Counted from the stretch's first letter, positions 1 through 13,520 are shown. The stretch: DNA of 64,000 nt from Vicugna vicugna (GCA_013265495.1 MU063738.1:558001-622000), one strand, 5' to 3'. Notes: a model not told the origin generated them from the letters alone. Made by a program: numbers and translations.

Positions 1-639
1 CGCCTGGCCCCCAGGGAGCCAGGGCGGACAGGAGGCGCAGCTGGGCGCTGTCTTCATCCCCCCTTCCCTTCCCGGTGCCTTCAAGGGGGACTTCCGCCCT
101 GATTTTAGCATGGGGACAGGCAGAGAGCGCGCCTGTGTCTGCTTGCTCTCAGGTTTCTTCAGTAGAAAATAATCTTTGTGCCCCCGCGGCGTGTTCTTGG
201 CCCGTCAAAGTCTCGCGCTTGCCGGCACTTTCCACACACGGGGACCGTTCTGGGTGTTTTCTCTGCCCCGACCCACATCATCCTCAGAACATTTTCTTAT
301 TAGACGTACTTAATAATCACCCCACTTTACACGTGGGGTAACCAGGGATCAGAGACGTTACCAACTTGCCTGCAACCCTCCCACAAGCCCCTCCGGAGTG
401 AAGCCCACGTTCAGAGGCAGCCAGCCCGGCCGGGGGCCGCCCGCCCGCCGCGTCTGGTGGGCGGTCAGCCGTTCCAGGGCCCTCTGTGCTCCTGGCGGCT
501 CCGGGAGCCCTGGGTCTGCCGCTCCTGTGGTTGAAGCCGTCGGTGTTCGTCAGATTAGACATGAAAACAAGGGGCTTCTAAAACGCCTTTGAATGAGCGC
601 AATGGCCCATCATATGCCACAGAACGACGTTTCTTAAAA

Positions 640-770
640 GACCTAAATTTTCCAAAACAACCAAGGCATTTCATTGGAAGAGTGGCGTTGTGCTGCATTT
701 TTGCCACATCTCTCTAGTCTCTGGCCTAAGAGACTACAGCTGGACTCAGCATTCAGTCTGCTGTGACGCG
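640..770. mobile_element. hAT-Charlie DNA transposon fragment (MER33/Charlie1-like)
   Basis: GAAGAGTGGCGTTGTGCTGCATTTTTGCCACATCTCTCTAG...ACAGCTGGA resembles the recalled Charlie1-family consensus. Confidence 0.4.
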
Positions 771-1004
771 CCGTTTGGAGGGTATGGGTTAAACCCCGCC
801 TCCCGGACTGAAGGAGAGAGGGGCGCTCTAACAGCCTCTGCGCGTCGCTGTGGGTGTTCCTGACGCCGCGCCAAGACCCAGCAAGTGGGGTGTCTTAGCC
901 GCTGGTCGCAGTGTGGAAGCTGAAACCAGGTCAGTGGGATTTTTGTTCTCTGTCACATTAAAACCTTTAACGTTAAAAACCCGCTGTCCTATTTTCCACT
1001 TAGT

Positions 1005-1150
1005 GGAACATTTTTGGGGTGATGGATATGTTCACTGTGTCGACTGTGTTGTTAGTTTGGGGATGTACACAAATGTTAAAACTTACCAAACTGTGCAAGC
1101 TACATATGTGCGATTTATGGCATTCGATTATTACTCAATAAAATTGCTCA
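1005..1150 (+). mobile_element. Old L1M 3' end fragment
   Basis: TTTTGGGGTGATGGATATGTTC...AAAACTTACCAAACTGTG...CTCAATAAAATTG is the typical L1MB/ME terminus. Confidence 0.6.
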
Positions 1151-2232
1151 ACAAAAACCACCCCCGAGCCAGACTGCACTGCCCTATTCAGAAAAGCAGC
1201 ACAGCGTGCGGGGGAAGTCCAGATCTGGGTCTGTCTGGCACTGCCGGGCGTATGAGCTTGGCCGTGCTCATTCATTCATTCACCTCACGTGCGTGGACCC
1301 TTCTCCTGCGCTACCAGGTGTTGACCTGAAGCTGCAGACCGGGTACGACCCTCACACCTGGAGCTTACAGTCTGGCTGAGGAGACTGGGTAATGACCAAA
1401 CACCGAGAGGGGCAATTAACCCGGGGGGTTATGATCAGGGAGTGCTTCCTGGAAGAGGTACCCTCTGAGCTGACTACCCGCTCCCCCGCCCCCAGATGTA
1501 GGATGGGCGTTAACCAAAGACAGGGAGTTTTCCCAGCAGACGGAATATAACCACAGAAGCCCAGAGACGTGGAGAGGGGTTTGCAAGCCCTCAGGGGAGT
1601 AAGGACGGCAGGTGGGTGGGGGAAGAGGAGGCTGAGACAGGGCCACAGTCAGACTGTCCAGGCTCTGTCCTGAGGGCAGAGGAGAGCCTGGGAAGGGTTT
1701 GAGGTCAGAGTGCGGAAGCCAGAGGCTCCCTCTGCCCCGGGGCTGAGAGCAGATTAGAGGGGCTGGGGACTGGGCACAAGGCTGAGGGCTGGAGACCAGT
1801 TAGCAGGCCGTGGCAGGAGGGGCTGGGAGCTGAGTGGAAGAAAGAGGTCACAACAGGCAAGGCGGCTTAAAATTGGGTTTAATTACAAAAATAACACACA
1901 TTCTTAAAAGCAGAGCAACACTAAAGCATTTGAAGTGAAGCTAGAGGCCAACCCCAGGCCCCACGTAGACAAAGGTCCTGGGGAGCCAGTGCTGGCTGGT
2001 GTGGACGCGGCTTCCGAGCCCTGGGCAGCGGCCTGCGCGGGTGCAGCCAGAGGCAGCCTGGTTCTGGGGTGTGCTCCGGGGAGCTCTCTTCTGGAAGCTC
2101 GGTGGAGACTCTGTGTTTGTGGCCCCTCACAATTCGGGAGCCACCTTATCCCTTAAAAAGTCCCCCTTCTGCATAAAATAGAGTGGAGTCTACTCTATTT
2201 TAAGTTAAGAACACATGAGATTTAAGGAGAAA

Positions 2233-2345
2233 GGGGAGGGAGGGTGTAGCACCTGCTCAGCATGCACAAGGTCCTGGGTTCAACCCCTGTTACTGCCATT
2301 AAAACAAATGAGTAACCCTAATTACCTCCCCTCATCAAAAAACAA
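2233..2345 (+). mobile_element. Camelid tRNA-Ala-derived SINE (vic-1 type), A-box region deleted
   Basis: GGGAGGGTGTAGC...CAGCATGCACAAGGTCCTGGGTTCAACCCC followed by the typical A-rich AAACCTAATTACCTCCC-like tail. Confidence 0.75.
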
Positions 2346-4264
2346 ATACATTTATTTTTTAACTATTTTTTTTAAAGTAAGCATGCAAACTAACAAAAAT
2401 AAAGTTGGGAACAAAAAAATTTTTTAAGCTAATCAGGACAAGGCAGTGGGAAGGGCTTGGAGTGACAGGCCAGGCGTCTGAGCTGGACTTGGAGGGACCA
2501 GGGCAGAAAGCGGCTGATAGACCCGGGGACTGGAGGTTTCAAAACTGTGTGTGTGGGAGGGGGTCACAGGATGCCCGAATTCAAGATGTCAGTGGTGGGG
2601 TGGTTCCCAGTGATGACAAAGCACAGGGTGTGGCCATGGACCTGAGCAGCTGGCACAGTGGAGGGAGGACCTTTGGAGCCGAGGACAAGGAACACAGGTT
2701 ATTGGACTGGCTGCGGTTTCTCCACAGTCTTTGAAATCACCCAAATAATGGCAGGATAGAGACCCCAGAGCAGGCCCCAAATCCATTAGAGTGAGGCAAG
2801 TGACCAGCAGGTGGTGGAGGGCAGGACAGTGGGCCCCTCCGCCCCCCACCTGCCCAGGTGCTGCGGAAGTGGGGTCATTGTTGCTGGAGGGGCCCAAGGA
2901 AGGGGGAGGATAGAGAGCTCGGAGATGAAGGAGTTCAGACGGGAATGGGAAGAGAGAGGGGAGGGAGGAGGCTCGGAACAGCAGGGGTGGGGCTGCAGGG
3001 AGGGAGTACAGGCCTGGGAGGGGGCGGTGCTGACGTGGGGGGCACCTCCCGGAGAGGGAGGGGATGGCTGGGCCTCTGGAGGAGAAGCAGTGCTGGCCAG
3101 GCCCAGGCTTTACAGGAATCCTAGACTAGTGAGAGAGTCCCTTGACTGCTCTGGGACTCAGTTTTCTCACTTGTAAAGTGGGTGCAAGAGAACCCGACTT
3201 GCCTGGCTGTTGAGCATTTTAGAGATGAAGTTAAAACGAGGCACTTGGCCCAGAGTCTGGCCCAAAGCTCGTTTTCAGGAAAAAGCAGCTGCTGTCATTT
3301 TCTTGTTACTAAGTCCCTTCCAGAGGGCGGACGTGCAGGTGAGGGTGTGGGGTAAGGCCTGGGGCTTGAGGGACCGAGGGGTCCGGCCCCTCATGTCCCT
3401 CCCCTTGCTTTTCCTCTGCCACCTCCACCGGCCTCCCAAGACAGGTGGCCCTTGGCGTCACATAGGCACCAGCTTCCTTTCCCTGAAACCAGACAGTCAC
3501 CCATCCGCGACAGACAGGCCTCTGCTGGGTAGACCATGCCTCGCATCCCCGTGAGGCCCCCGCCCCGCTTCTCCCATCAGCATCCCCGACCCACTCCCCT
3601 CGCCTACTCCTGCCGTACCTCTCAGCCTGTGAAAGGCAAGCCTTGCCCGAGGACCCTCGCCCCACCCCACCCCGCCCCCGCCCCAGGGCAGCAAAGGCAG
3701 GACCCTCTTCACCGAGGAGACCAGCTGGAGGGCCGAGGGCACCGTGGGGAGCGGCCGGAGGAGAGCAGATCCAGCCGGGCATGGGCAGTGCAGCCCCTCT
3801 GCCTCCACCTGTCTTCACAGAGGGGTCTCTGCCCGCCCCGTCCGCCCCTCGCTCGCTCTCTTAAGTCCCATCCCACAGTTCCCATCTCTTTCTGAAAAGG
3901 GACAATGGACACGCAGGAGACCGTTTGATTTGGAAGCTTACTGGTATTACACACGCATCCCAGTCCCCGCCCCGCCCCCAGCCCTCCCTCCCCATCCCGG
4001 CTCCTGCCCACGCCTCCCTCCGGACTGACTCCCTTTTCCTCCCTCTTCTCCCTCTTCTTCCCAGGCCTGTTTCTGGCTGCCTCCAAGCAGGAGTGATCCC
4101 AGCTCCCCCTGGAGCTGCAGGGACGAGGCCTTGGGCAGCCCAGGAGGATGCGGGCACAGCAGAGTCGCCCTGTGAAACCGCAGAGTCAGAGTCTGCGACG
4201 ACTCCCACCCCCGCCGCTGTCTGCCCTGCTACTGAAGCCTTGGCCTCTTCATCCGTGAACCAGT

Positions 4265-4371
4265 CCGCCGTGCTGGGTGCTGGGCCCCCCTAGATCTCAG
4301 CTCCGTGGTGCTGGGGCCCCCTAGATCTCAGCTCCGCTGTGCTGGGTGCTGGGGCCCCTCAGGTCTCAGCC
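4265..4371. repeat. Short minisatellite, ~3 imperfect 31-35 bp units
   Basis: CCGTGCTGGGTGCTGGGCCCCCCTAGATCTCAGCT repeated with small indels. Confidence 0.8.
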
Positions 4372-6586
4372 CCATGAAGAGCAGCTGCAGGGGGGCAGCT
4401 GCTGCCCCCAGAACTCATCTCTTCCCCCTGCCTTGTCTGTTTGAGTCATCAGCCTGGGACCAAGGAGAGGTCACTCCTGCAGCACGAATGCCCACAACCC
4501 TGGCCTCAGCCAGCTGGGCCCAGTTCCCAGCCCCTCCTGCAGCCACCTCCCTGCCTCCCAACTCCCGCCCTCCACCAGGGCAGCCGCCTGCCTCCACTGG
4601 CTGGCCGGAGCAGGATCAGGCTGGGAACATCTCCAGCCCCTGACAGGCCAGGTGTCAGTTTCAGGCCCTTCTTGGGGGAGAGGAGGCCAGGGACGGGGCT
4701 GCCAAAGTCAACATAGCCATGTCCACGGGAAGGCCTGGTTCCAGGCCCACATGCCTGGGTCTCGTCTCAGCCAGAGCTTGTTGTCCCCGCCCCCATCCTG
4801 TCTCCATCATGAGGCTGGGCCGTTGCCTGTCAGAGCCACTTCCCCCCCAAAGCATACCAGCCCCTAGAGGACTGAGATCCTAAACCTACCCCCAGGACAG
4901 AAGCCACCTGCCACCCGAGTACAGTCCTGGGGTCTGTCTTCCACCGCCCCGTCAGCGCGACTCCCCACTCTGGGTAGAATTCCTGACTGCACCAGGGGGA
5001 CTTCAGCTTTGCTCCCTGAAATTCTTTGCCTCCTTGCTTTAGAAATGCCTGTCTTGCTATTCCCACCAGTCTCCGTCAGGTGTGATCCTTACGCAGATCT
5101 AGCCAAGGCCCCTTATCCTGAAAGGCCCGTCTTAAACCAGACTTCCAGCCACCACACGTTCCGACTTTGCGCTGCCCCCACCCCCGTCGAGGGGGTCGTT
5201 CGCTGTTTCTCGTCAGGGTGAGCAGTGAACTCTCACCAGCGGGCTGTGCTGGCCATGTTTGGGGAGTGGGCATTCCACACTCTGCTTATCTTCCCCTGAA
5301 ATGAGTCATATTCTGGTCTCTGCAGGTACAGCCCCTTCATAAGGGTCCAAGCTTGGCCCCCAGCCCCCTGAGCAGTAGTCTCCTGAATTCCTCAGGCCAA
5401 GCCCAGCTCCTGGCCCTACAGCTGCCCGGGACTGGGAGGCCAGCCTAGGGCCAGGGCCCACCCGGTCGGTACCTCTCTCCTTGTGACAGAGGGATGGCAG
5501 GGAGGGAGGGGCTGGATTTAACTAACAAACATGAGGGTGCAGTGGGGTTGGGCAGAGCTGGACAGGGGTGGGGGTGGGAGTGGGGGTAGGGGGTGGGCCT
5601 GATTTGTCTTGCAAAATCAGCAGGAGATCCAAGCTCAGGCCCCGGAGTAGCCAGGAGGGCAGGTGGTGACGGCAGCAGGCTCTGCTGAAGAGTTACGAGC
5701 CCCCTTTTCCTTCCTGCTTCCAAGGTTCCCCAAGCTCTCCTAACCCCAGAAGCTCTGCACCCCATCCTGCACTCCCTACCCCGGTACATGTTTGCTCAGG
5801 TGTGGGAACCTGGCAACAAGGGGCCTGCCCTTCCCCCCAGCGGAGGGCAGCTCAGCGCCCTCAGGCCAGCCTCCCAGGGACAGACTGTGAATCTGAGCCC
5901 CTCCTGCCTGTCTGGGCCTGGGCAGGCCCCGGGGGTGGGGGCGGCGGACGCACTCATGCCCTTTGCCCGGCAGGGGCAGGCTGGGTGGGAGCCACGCCCA
6001 GCGCTGCCCTGCCCAGCCCCCCTCCCCACACGGGGCATCCTGCCTCTCCCCCAGCTTGGGTCCCAGGCTGCACAAAGAGACCTTTGTCTGGGCTGCAAAC
6101 AATTGTTCTCCCCTTTATGGAAACATGGGCTGTGTCTTATAATCAAGCTTTCAGAGGCTGATCAAAGTGCACGGGGGGTGGGCAGGGGGAACGGGGAGCT
6201 GTCCTCCCCCCACCATAGCCTGTCATCGCCACTAATCCTCACCTCCCCGAGCACAGTCAGGGCACCCTTTCCTCCCTGTGCAGGGCCTATGTGAGCCTTG
6301 GAGCCACTGGGAGCTGGGGAAACCAGAGCTGGGTGGGTCCCCCTCCTGGCACCGCTGCTCAGGTTACAGCGCTGCTGGGGTGTGAACGTGCAGAGAGGCA
6401 CTACCCGGTGAGAAAGGGTGGGACCTACCCTGGCCCAGGGCCACCCCCCAAACCCCCTCCCCCCAGATCCTCAGACTCTCAGGGGCCTCCTCTCCCCATT
6501 TGCTTGGGCTCATGGTGAGTGCCTGCCCAGAAAAAAGGGCCGGCCCATTCTGCCCATGCTCCGCAGACAGTTGGCGGTCCCCACCA

Positions 6587-6606
6587 CCCCCCCCCCCCCC
6601 CCCCCC
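6587..6606. repeat. Poly-C run (C20)
   Basis: Twenty consecutive C. Confidence 0.9.
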
Positions 6607-6777
6607 ACCTGCTTCTCCACTTGGGAACCCCCCGGCCAGGGCCCTGCGTGTCCAGGGCGCAGGCTGAGGACACACACGCTCCAGACCACAGGCTCCTCCT
6701 TCACCTCCAACAGTAGAGCCCACAGGGCTTCTGAGAAGGCAAGTCCTGGATCACGTGGAGACTGAGATCATCCCTTC

Positions 6778-6905
6778 CGGGGAGGGTACAGCGCTCAGGG
6801 GCAGAGCTCGTGCTCAGGGCGCACGAGGCCCTGGGTTCAGTCAGTACTTCCTGTATAAATAAATGAATCAATAAACCTGATTACCAAATCCCCCCCGCCA
6901 AAAAA
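6778..6905 (+). mobile_element. Camelid tRNA-derived SINE
   Basis: GGGGAGGGTACAGCGCTCAGGGGCAGAGC...GCACGAGGCCCTGGGTTCAG plus AATAAATGAATCAATAAACCTGATTACC tail. Confidence 0.75.
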
Positions 6906-9900
6906 TTTTAAACAAAATGAACAGACCAGTCCTTCCCCTGAAGTTGGAGCCTCCCTGGGCCCTGAACCTTCAGGTCACAGAAAGTCACGCATCGGAAGAA
7001 GCCTTAGGACAGACCTGGGGCCTGCGGCCCCGCCCCTTCCGCCGCCCCCCACCCCGCGAGGCTCTGTGGGCCTGCCTGCTTGCTGCTCTAGGGGGACCCA
7101 CAGATGCCCTCGGTATCTCAGGAGAGCGTGAGAACCACTAACCCAGCCCTGTCCACGTCATTTTACAGGTGGGAAACAGCCTCAGAGAGGAGAAATCACC
7201 CTGCAAGCTCACGGCACAGCTGAGGCCCCAGGTCAGGGCTCCTGGCTCGTGGCCACAGACGCAGGTCCCTGCTCCTCTGTCTCCCCGCCAGCAGCCACCA
7301 CGGGTGCTTATGACCTTTTGAGAGGTCAAGGTCAATTCAAGTGTCCGGGAGGCCCAGTCCCTCCCCTGAGGAAGCTTACATCCCACAAGACAGACAGATA
7401 AAGGTGACAGATGGGACATGCAGACACGTTGTTCAGCGCAGAGCGCCGAGACTGCACCAAAACTCACGCCCGCAGGAGACACTAAAACTGGTGCGGGGGC
7501 CGCGGCCGGGGGGCCAGCTGGGGCAGGGACTCCATGCCTCAGCCCCTGCAAGGGGTGGCCAGGCACACAGGGCTCCCGGCTGAGGATGTGAGGAGCCCAC
7601 ATGGGGGCAGGGACAGCGGGACCCTCGTGAGCTGAGACCTGACCGGGCCCTGGTGTCTGGCCGGGGCTCCGCAGAGAGGACCTGCCCCCGAGACAGCCAG
7701 CGTCCTGTGCCGGGGGTGGGCCCCCGGCCCCGCACGGCCCAGCCCGCTGGCTCGAAGCTGGGTGGTCCCCTTCCTCACTCTCCGGCGCACCGTCTCCCCG
7801 CCGTCCTCATGGGAGCCCCACTTTCCCGGCTGCAGGCCCCACAGACTGCCCTGGAGCATCTCCCCCACAGTGGTCCCTCCCAAGGCCAGGCCCTCAGATC
7901 TCCGCTCAAACCTTCTGTGACCTTGACCAGAGGTCTTGGTGGTCGTGGTAGAACCACCCGCACCCCCGTGGCATCTCACCCCTTCCTCTGCTGCACTTTT
8001 CTTCGGGGAACATGTCGGCCCAGGCATAATTATTTGCCCACTTGTTCATTGTCCCTCCTGATGGGTCTCCTGGGACTTCCATCAGTTCTGTTCCGTTCAC
8101 AGCTGCGCCCCCAGCTCCCATGACAGCTCACAGGGGACTCGGCAAACCCTCAGTGATTGCTATTCAGGATGCAGGCAAGGGGCACTGGGCGAGCCCCACA
8201 GGGAGGCGGGAGGCGATGGGGCTGGCCCTCTGAGCCCCTGGTCTGCAGGCAGCAGGCTGGGGGATAGGGCTGCGGGCGGGGCTCCCAGGCTCCAAGGACA
8301 GGCCCATGCCCGGGGCCAGAGGTGTGGGTGGAGGGACGGGAGCCGTTGAGGGGGGTTTTCAAAACTCCTCAGAAGGAGCCCGGGCCCTGGGTGAGGGCAG
8401 CCTGTGGTTCAGTGAAGACAACACCCCCGCCTCCGGGAAGGCCAGAGCCCCAGGAGTCTCCTGGGTTCTCTTTCCCCGAGTCCCCATACCCGGGCAGCTT
8501 CGGAGCGCTAAGCCTTCCCAGCCCTGCGTGAACGCTGTCCCCACAAACCCTTATCTTCGTCCAGCGCTCCCTGCAGGCCAGGGATGTTTCCAGAGGCCCA
8601 GGGAGGCTGCTTCTGCCACAGTCCCTCAGCCCCACCCCTCCAAGCCCTTCCGTCTGGTCTCAGGCCAATGTCACCTCCTCCCACGTCTTTCCTGACCATC
8701 CCGTCACCTCTGGGTGTCCACGGAATTCCCCGCAGGCTCCAGGCCCCTGCGCTGACTTTCTGGTTTTATATCTACTCCCGCACTGGAACAGAAGCCCACA
8801 CAGGCGGCGACCAGGCTGGCCCAGTTCCCGCTGCATCTGCCCCGGAGCAGCATCTGGGAAAACAGAGGCCCAGAGGCTGAGGGTCCCCTTCAGACGGTGA
8901 GAGGCAGGGCTGTCCGTGCACCCAACCGCACAGCAGACGAAACGATTTTTCAAAATGTACATCAGATCCCTTCGGACTCAGTTTCCCTGACTTCCCATTC
9001 TGCATGTAATTCTCCCAAACCTCCCTCCTGGGCCCCTCCAGCTTCCTCCGGAAGCCTCTCCCCCACCACCATTGTCCACTCCCTGCTTCTCTTTGTCCCC
9101 TCGTCAGACCACACTTGCTCTCACCCCAGGGGCCTTGCACAAACTCTCTCCTCTCCAGAAAGCCCTGCCCTTCGCTCTTTCTGATCCTCCAAGGCTCCGC
9201 AGAAAGGCGACTCTAGCGCAAAATCTAAAGCCCCCAGTCACCTTCCCTGGTCACCTCCTCCTCCCACCACCTCCTCCTACTCGCACGCCCCTCCCTGTAA
9301 CTACTGGGTTATGGTTTGCCCCCAAGACCCAGGGCACATGTCCTGTGAGGGCAGAGACCTGCCGGTGGCTTCCCCACTGTATCTCCGGCCCAGCCCGGTG
9401 CTGGCACAGAGCAGGCACTCGCAAGCTGTGTGGAAGGAATGCACTGGGGAAGGAGGCCCAGTGCGCAGCAAAGAGACGAGGCTGGAAAGGCAACCCTGGC
9501 TGCCAGAGCCGCCCTGCAGGCCCGGGCAGAGGCCCGAGGGCCCGGATGCCAACCGGACCGTCGCACGGGCCCCAGTGTGCCGGGGAATCTGACTCGAGGG
9601 CAGAGTGCTGGTGGTGGACGCTGGCAGTGGGCGACCTGGCAAGACTGGTGAGCTCGACCCCTGCATCTCACAGCCTCATCGACTTTCTCTGAAGCTGTTA
9701 TCTCTCTGGACTTCAAACAGCTGCCTCTTATCTGGGCCCAGCCCAGGCTCTTATCAGGTTCCAGAGTAACAGCTTTCCAGGCTGCAGGGAGCCCTTGCCC
9801 ATCCTGGCCAGGCCTGGGGAAGCCAGCATGAGTCTGCCCTCCCCTCACTCGCCATAGGCCCCAGGGCCCCAGGTCACAGTCTAGGGGAGGCGGCAGACAG

Positions 9901-12900
9901 GTGGGATCTCCGCAGAGCCGTCGCAGGTGGTGTCAGAGCCGAGAAATTTCGCCCAGGGCCCAACTTGTCTCACTGTCTGTCCAGGGGCGGGCCGGCCTTC
10001 TCTTGCAACAGAGTCACGGGCTCAGGTCTTACAGTGGGGCCCCGGGACCCCAAACAGGCCTCTTTTGAGAACACCCAGGCTACCACAGCCTTCGGTGTGG
10101 GAAGACAAGTGTGACTGCGAGAAGGAGGCCAAGGTGCCTTGGTCTGCCTGGCCCCGAGGAACCCCCCTCACCTGCCCGGGACCAGTTCACCTCCAGGATT
10201 TTGGCCAAATGGACAGAGGAGACTGGGTCACTCTGCAGTGCAGAGCCGGCCCTGGGATTTGGCCTCCTCACTCTCCCCAGCAGAATGTAGACTCCGGCGA
10301 ATCTCACACAAAGTCCAAGAGGCCAAGGCTGGCACATGCCTCACCTTGGTTCACACCAGTGGTGCCCAGGCCCAGCTCCACTGAGACAGGACAGCCGGGG
10401 CCTGACTCCCCCTACGCCCCGGGGCAGGGCAGGACAGGGAACAGGCAGGGAACAGGCGGGGAACAGCACCTTGTGGCCTGAAGGGCTGGGGCCGCCGCCC
10501 TCCCTGGCCGCCCTCCCTCCACGGACGGAGGAATGTGTACACGGCACTCTGACATCCCTGAGAGCTGACGGGACACCTGCTTCCTGACACCGTCCCATGG
10601 CGAAGCGGGGGCTGACCGTGGGGCAAGAAGCACGTGGGGAAGTAAATTCAGACCTCTTGTCTGTGCCCAAGTGGCTGGAGCAGGAACAAGGCTCCCAGTG
10701 AGGCCGGAGAGGCGGACAAGCGTCAGACCCCACGTGGCCTTCTGAGCTGCGTTCCAGCTCGGACTTGACTGGGGACAAGGGAGAGCTGTCGGAGATCCGA
10801 GTAGGATGGGCAGCCTGAGAGGTGCTCCGGCTGCGAGAAGCAGGACACAGACCTGCAGGAGAAACAGGGCAGGAGCGCGGGACAGACCAGCTCCTGGAGG
10901 GACCCAAAGAGCACACGTATTTCTCAGTGGGAAGGGGCTGGAAGCCACACTCCAGCAAGCGGGGGGCCCATGGGTTCTGAACTGTTTTTGGAAAGGGGAT
11001 CTTCATGGTCCCAAAGGCTGAGGAGGCCTCGAGCTGTGGGGTGAAGTGCAAACCTTGGGACACTGCAGTTTCCGTCCACGCCACCGTGACAAGGAGGGTG
11101 TTATGATAAGGTGCGGCCCGCGAAGGCTGGCCTCCCGCGCAGAGAAGGGCTCGCGGAGCCTCTGGGCTCTGACGCGTGCGTTGCCTCTTAAAAACGACGG
11201 CTCACCTTGATTTCAAAAGCACTTTATTCCTAGAAAATGCTCACGGTCATCGGACAACGCAGGGCTGCCACGGACCTTCTCCTTGGAAAGAACGCAGTGT
11301 CTGCGTAGCACAGGGCCCGAGGGCACCCGTGTGCGGCCTGGAGGGGTCGGGGGGCAGGCCGGGTGCCCCACTCCCGCCTCCCTCTGGTCTTCAGGCGCCC
11401 CGCCTCGGCACACGCACACCATCAGCTGCCGGGGAGCCCTGCCCCCCCGCCCCGTCTGGCTCCACCCCAGGCAGGCTGGGCGCATGCAAATGCTCAGTGG
11501 AGTGTTTGTTTTACACGAGGCAGTCGCGCCCTCTCACCTGCCCTGTCAGGTGTCACCTCTCCCCTAGCGCCCGGCCTGTGCTCCAAATGCCCTGTTTACC
11601 TGATCTCTGTGCCCGGGCTGTGCCCCGCGAGGGCTGCCAGTGGCCTCTGACACTGCAGTGAGTCCTCAGTTGACGCTGTTGGGTGGACGAGTGACACTCT
11701 GTGCCCTCCCCGTTCCTCCACGCAGCCAGAGTGTGTTTCTGCTCTCTTCCCAGCCCTGCCACCCTCTCTGTTCCAGGGTCACTCCAGTGCCTGCAGGCAA
11801 ATCCAGGTCCAAACTCTCCGCACATCGCCCGGTGGCCTGCGTCACTCTTCAGCCTCCACTGCCACTCAGGACAGTGGGGGAGGAACGGTCCAGACCCTGC
11901 CAGGGAGAGGGAGAGGACAAGCAGTCTCAGGGCGGGCGTCCAGCAAGCGTCAGAGAAGCGGCTCCTGGGCTCCTGTGGCCTCAGCCGCAGGGTTCCCACT
12001 CCCCGGATCCTAACGCCAGCCCTCCAGCACCTCCAAGGGGTAGCTCTTGGGGGATGAGATGCCCCTGGTACATCGAAGAACAAGAAAAATCTAATGTGAA
12101 CGTAACACTTTTTAAATTGAGAAAACCAAGGGATGAGGAAAGCAAAAGAGCCAGAAGGCTGGCCAGGGTGGTGACCGTGCCGGGAGGGCCCCAGAGGCCA
12201 ACTGGGAGTGCCCGTGTGCATTGGTGTGGCAGGGCCAACCGTCCAGGGCCAGCCACCTGCGGCCCAGCGCCCAGCAGCCTGGCTCAGGGAGGCTCATCCG
12301 GCCCCGGCTGGATGGGGCCTCTGCCCACCCTCCTTGCTGGGCCCCCCCAGACCTGCCTGGGCTTTCTGGAGTGTTCTCCAGCTGGGGCGGGTGAAGGGAA
12401 GACTGTTGCCAGGAACTCAGACAGACCACCCGGCCAGTCAGGGCGTCCCTGTGTCTCGTAACTCTTTGCATGTAGGTGGGGGTAGCTGTATCTGTCCCAG
12501 CCAATTTCAGGCATCACACGTGAGCATGTCATGGTGACCATGTAATGTGTTACACGTACTGCGATACACCTGACAGTGAAGGGGCCACTGCTAACAAAGA
12601 CACTGGAGCAACAGGCACAGACAGGCGGTCCCTGGGCACTGGTGACAGCTACGCTGGCTGGCGGCTGCCGGCCCCGCCTCCGGGCGGCGAGGTTCTCGGT
12701 GCTTTATCCCGTTTGCCCCCTGTGGTGGAAAGACCTATTTTGCAAGTGGATGTCCACCAGTTTATAGGGGACTGAGTCAAGAGAGTCAGCAGCTAAGTGA
12801 CAAGGCTTGAGTTGCCAGATGGTAACGATGGACCAGGAACTGAACGCAGTGCCTGGGTGACACTGCCATGTCGGCCTTGGTGACAGCTGCCACTCTTCCT

Positions 12901-13419
12901 GCCTTTCTCAGCCGTCCCACACCGACTCCCGGTCACTGTGCCTTCGCACCACCTGAGTCACCACCAGTGAAGCGCTCCTTGTGCTGCCGGGTCTGTGCTC
13001 TGCCCCCGCAAGTGGTGGGGTCCTCACTGCCGGCTGGGCAGGGAGCCCTCCAGCTCCAGACCCACCTCGTCGTCTGCTTCTCGAGAGTCTCCAGGCAGCT
13101 TCTCTGAGGCTGAGCGGGGTCTGAGAAACTTACCAGGGACCCACACTTGCAGAAGAAAGGGGAGGACACAGGATGGGGCAAGAGGCTGGATGCAGGGCAG
13201 GCCTGGGGAAGCCAGGCCACCAGCGCGCAGCTCTGCAGGGAGAGCTGCTGTCAGAGTTGTCCTCTTGGGGCCCAGATGCCCAGGGTCTGTACCCCAGCTA
13301 CCCTGGGAAGGGTGTGACCTGGGCCCTCTGACCCCTGGGAGAAGCCTGGCGACCTCACTCCCCACGTCCAGAAAGCTGGTTCTTCCTGAAGGGCGGTCAG
13401 GCTACCAAGGAGCAGTTTA

Positions 13420-13520
13420 ACAGTCATTCATTCAACAAACATTATGCACGAAGCACTGTTCCAGGCGCTGCAGATGGAGACAAAGCCTGTCTCTCTCTGT
13501 CTGAGTTGAGTCTGTGGCCG
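13420..13520 (+). mobile_element. L2 3' fragment
   Basis: CATTCATTCAACAAACATTATG...CACTGTTCCAGGCGCTGCAGAT...GACAAAGCCTGTC. Confidence 0.55.

Noticed and set aside
3324-3338. 15-nt micro-exon candidate with upstream TACTAAG
   Set aside because: The branch-like A is only ~11 nt from the AG, closer than usual, and no flanking gene model supports it.
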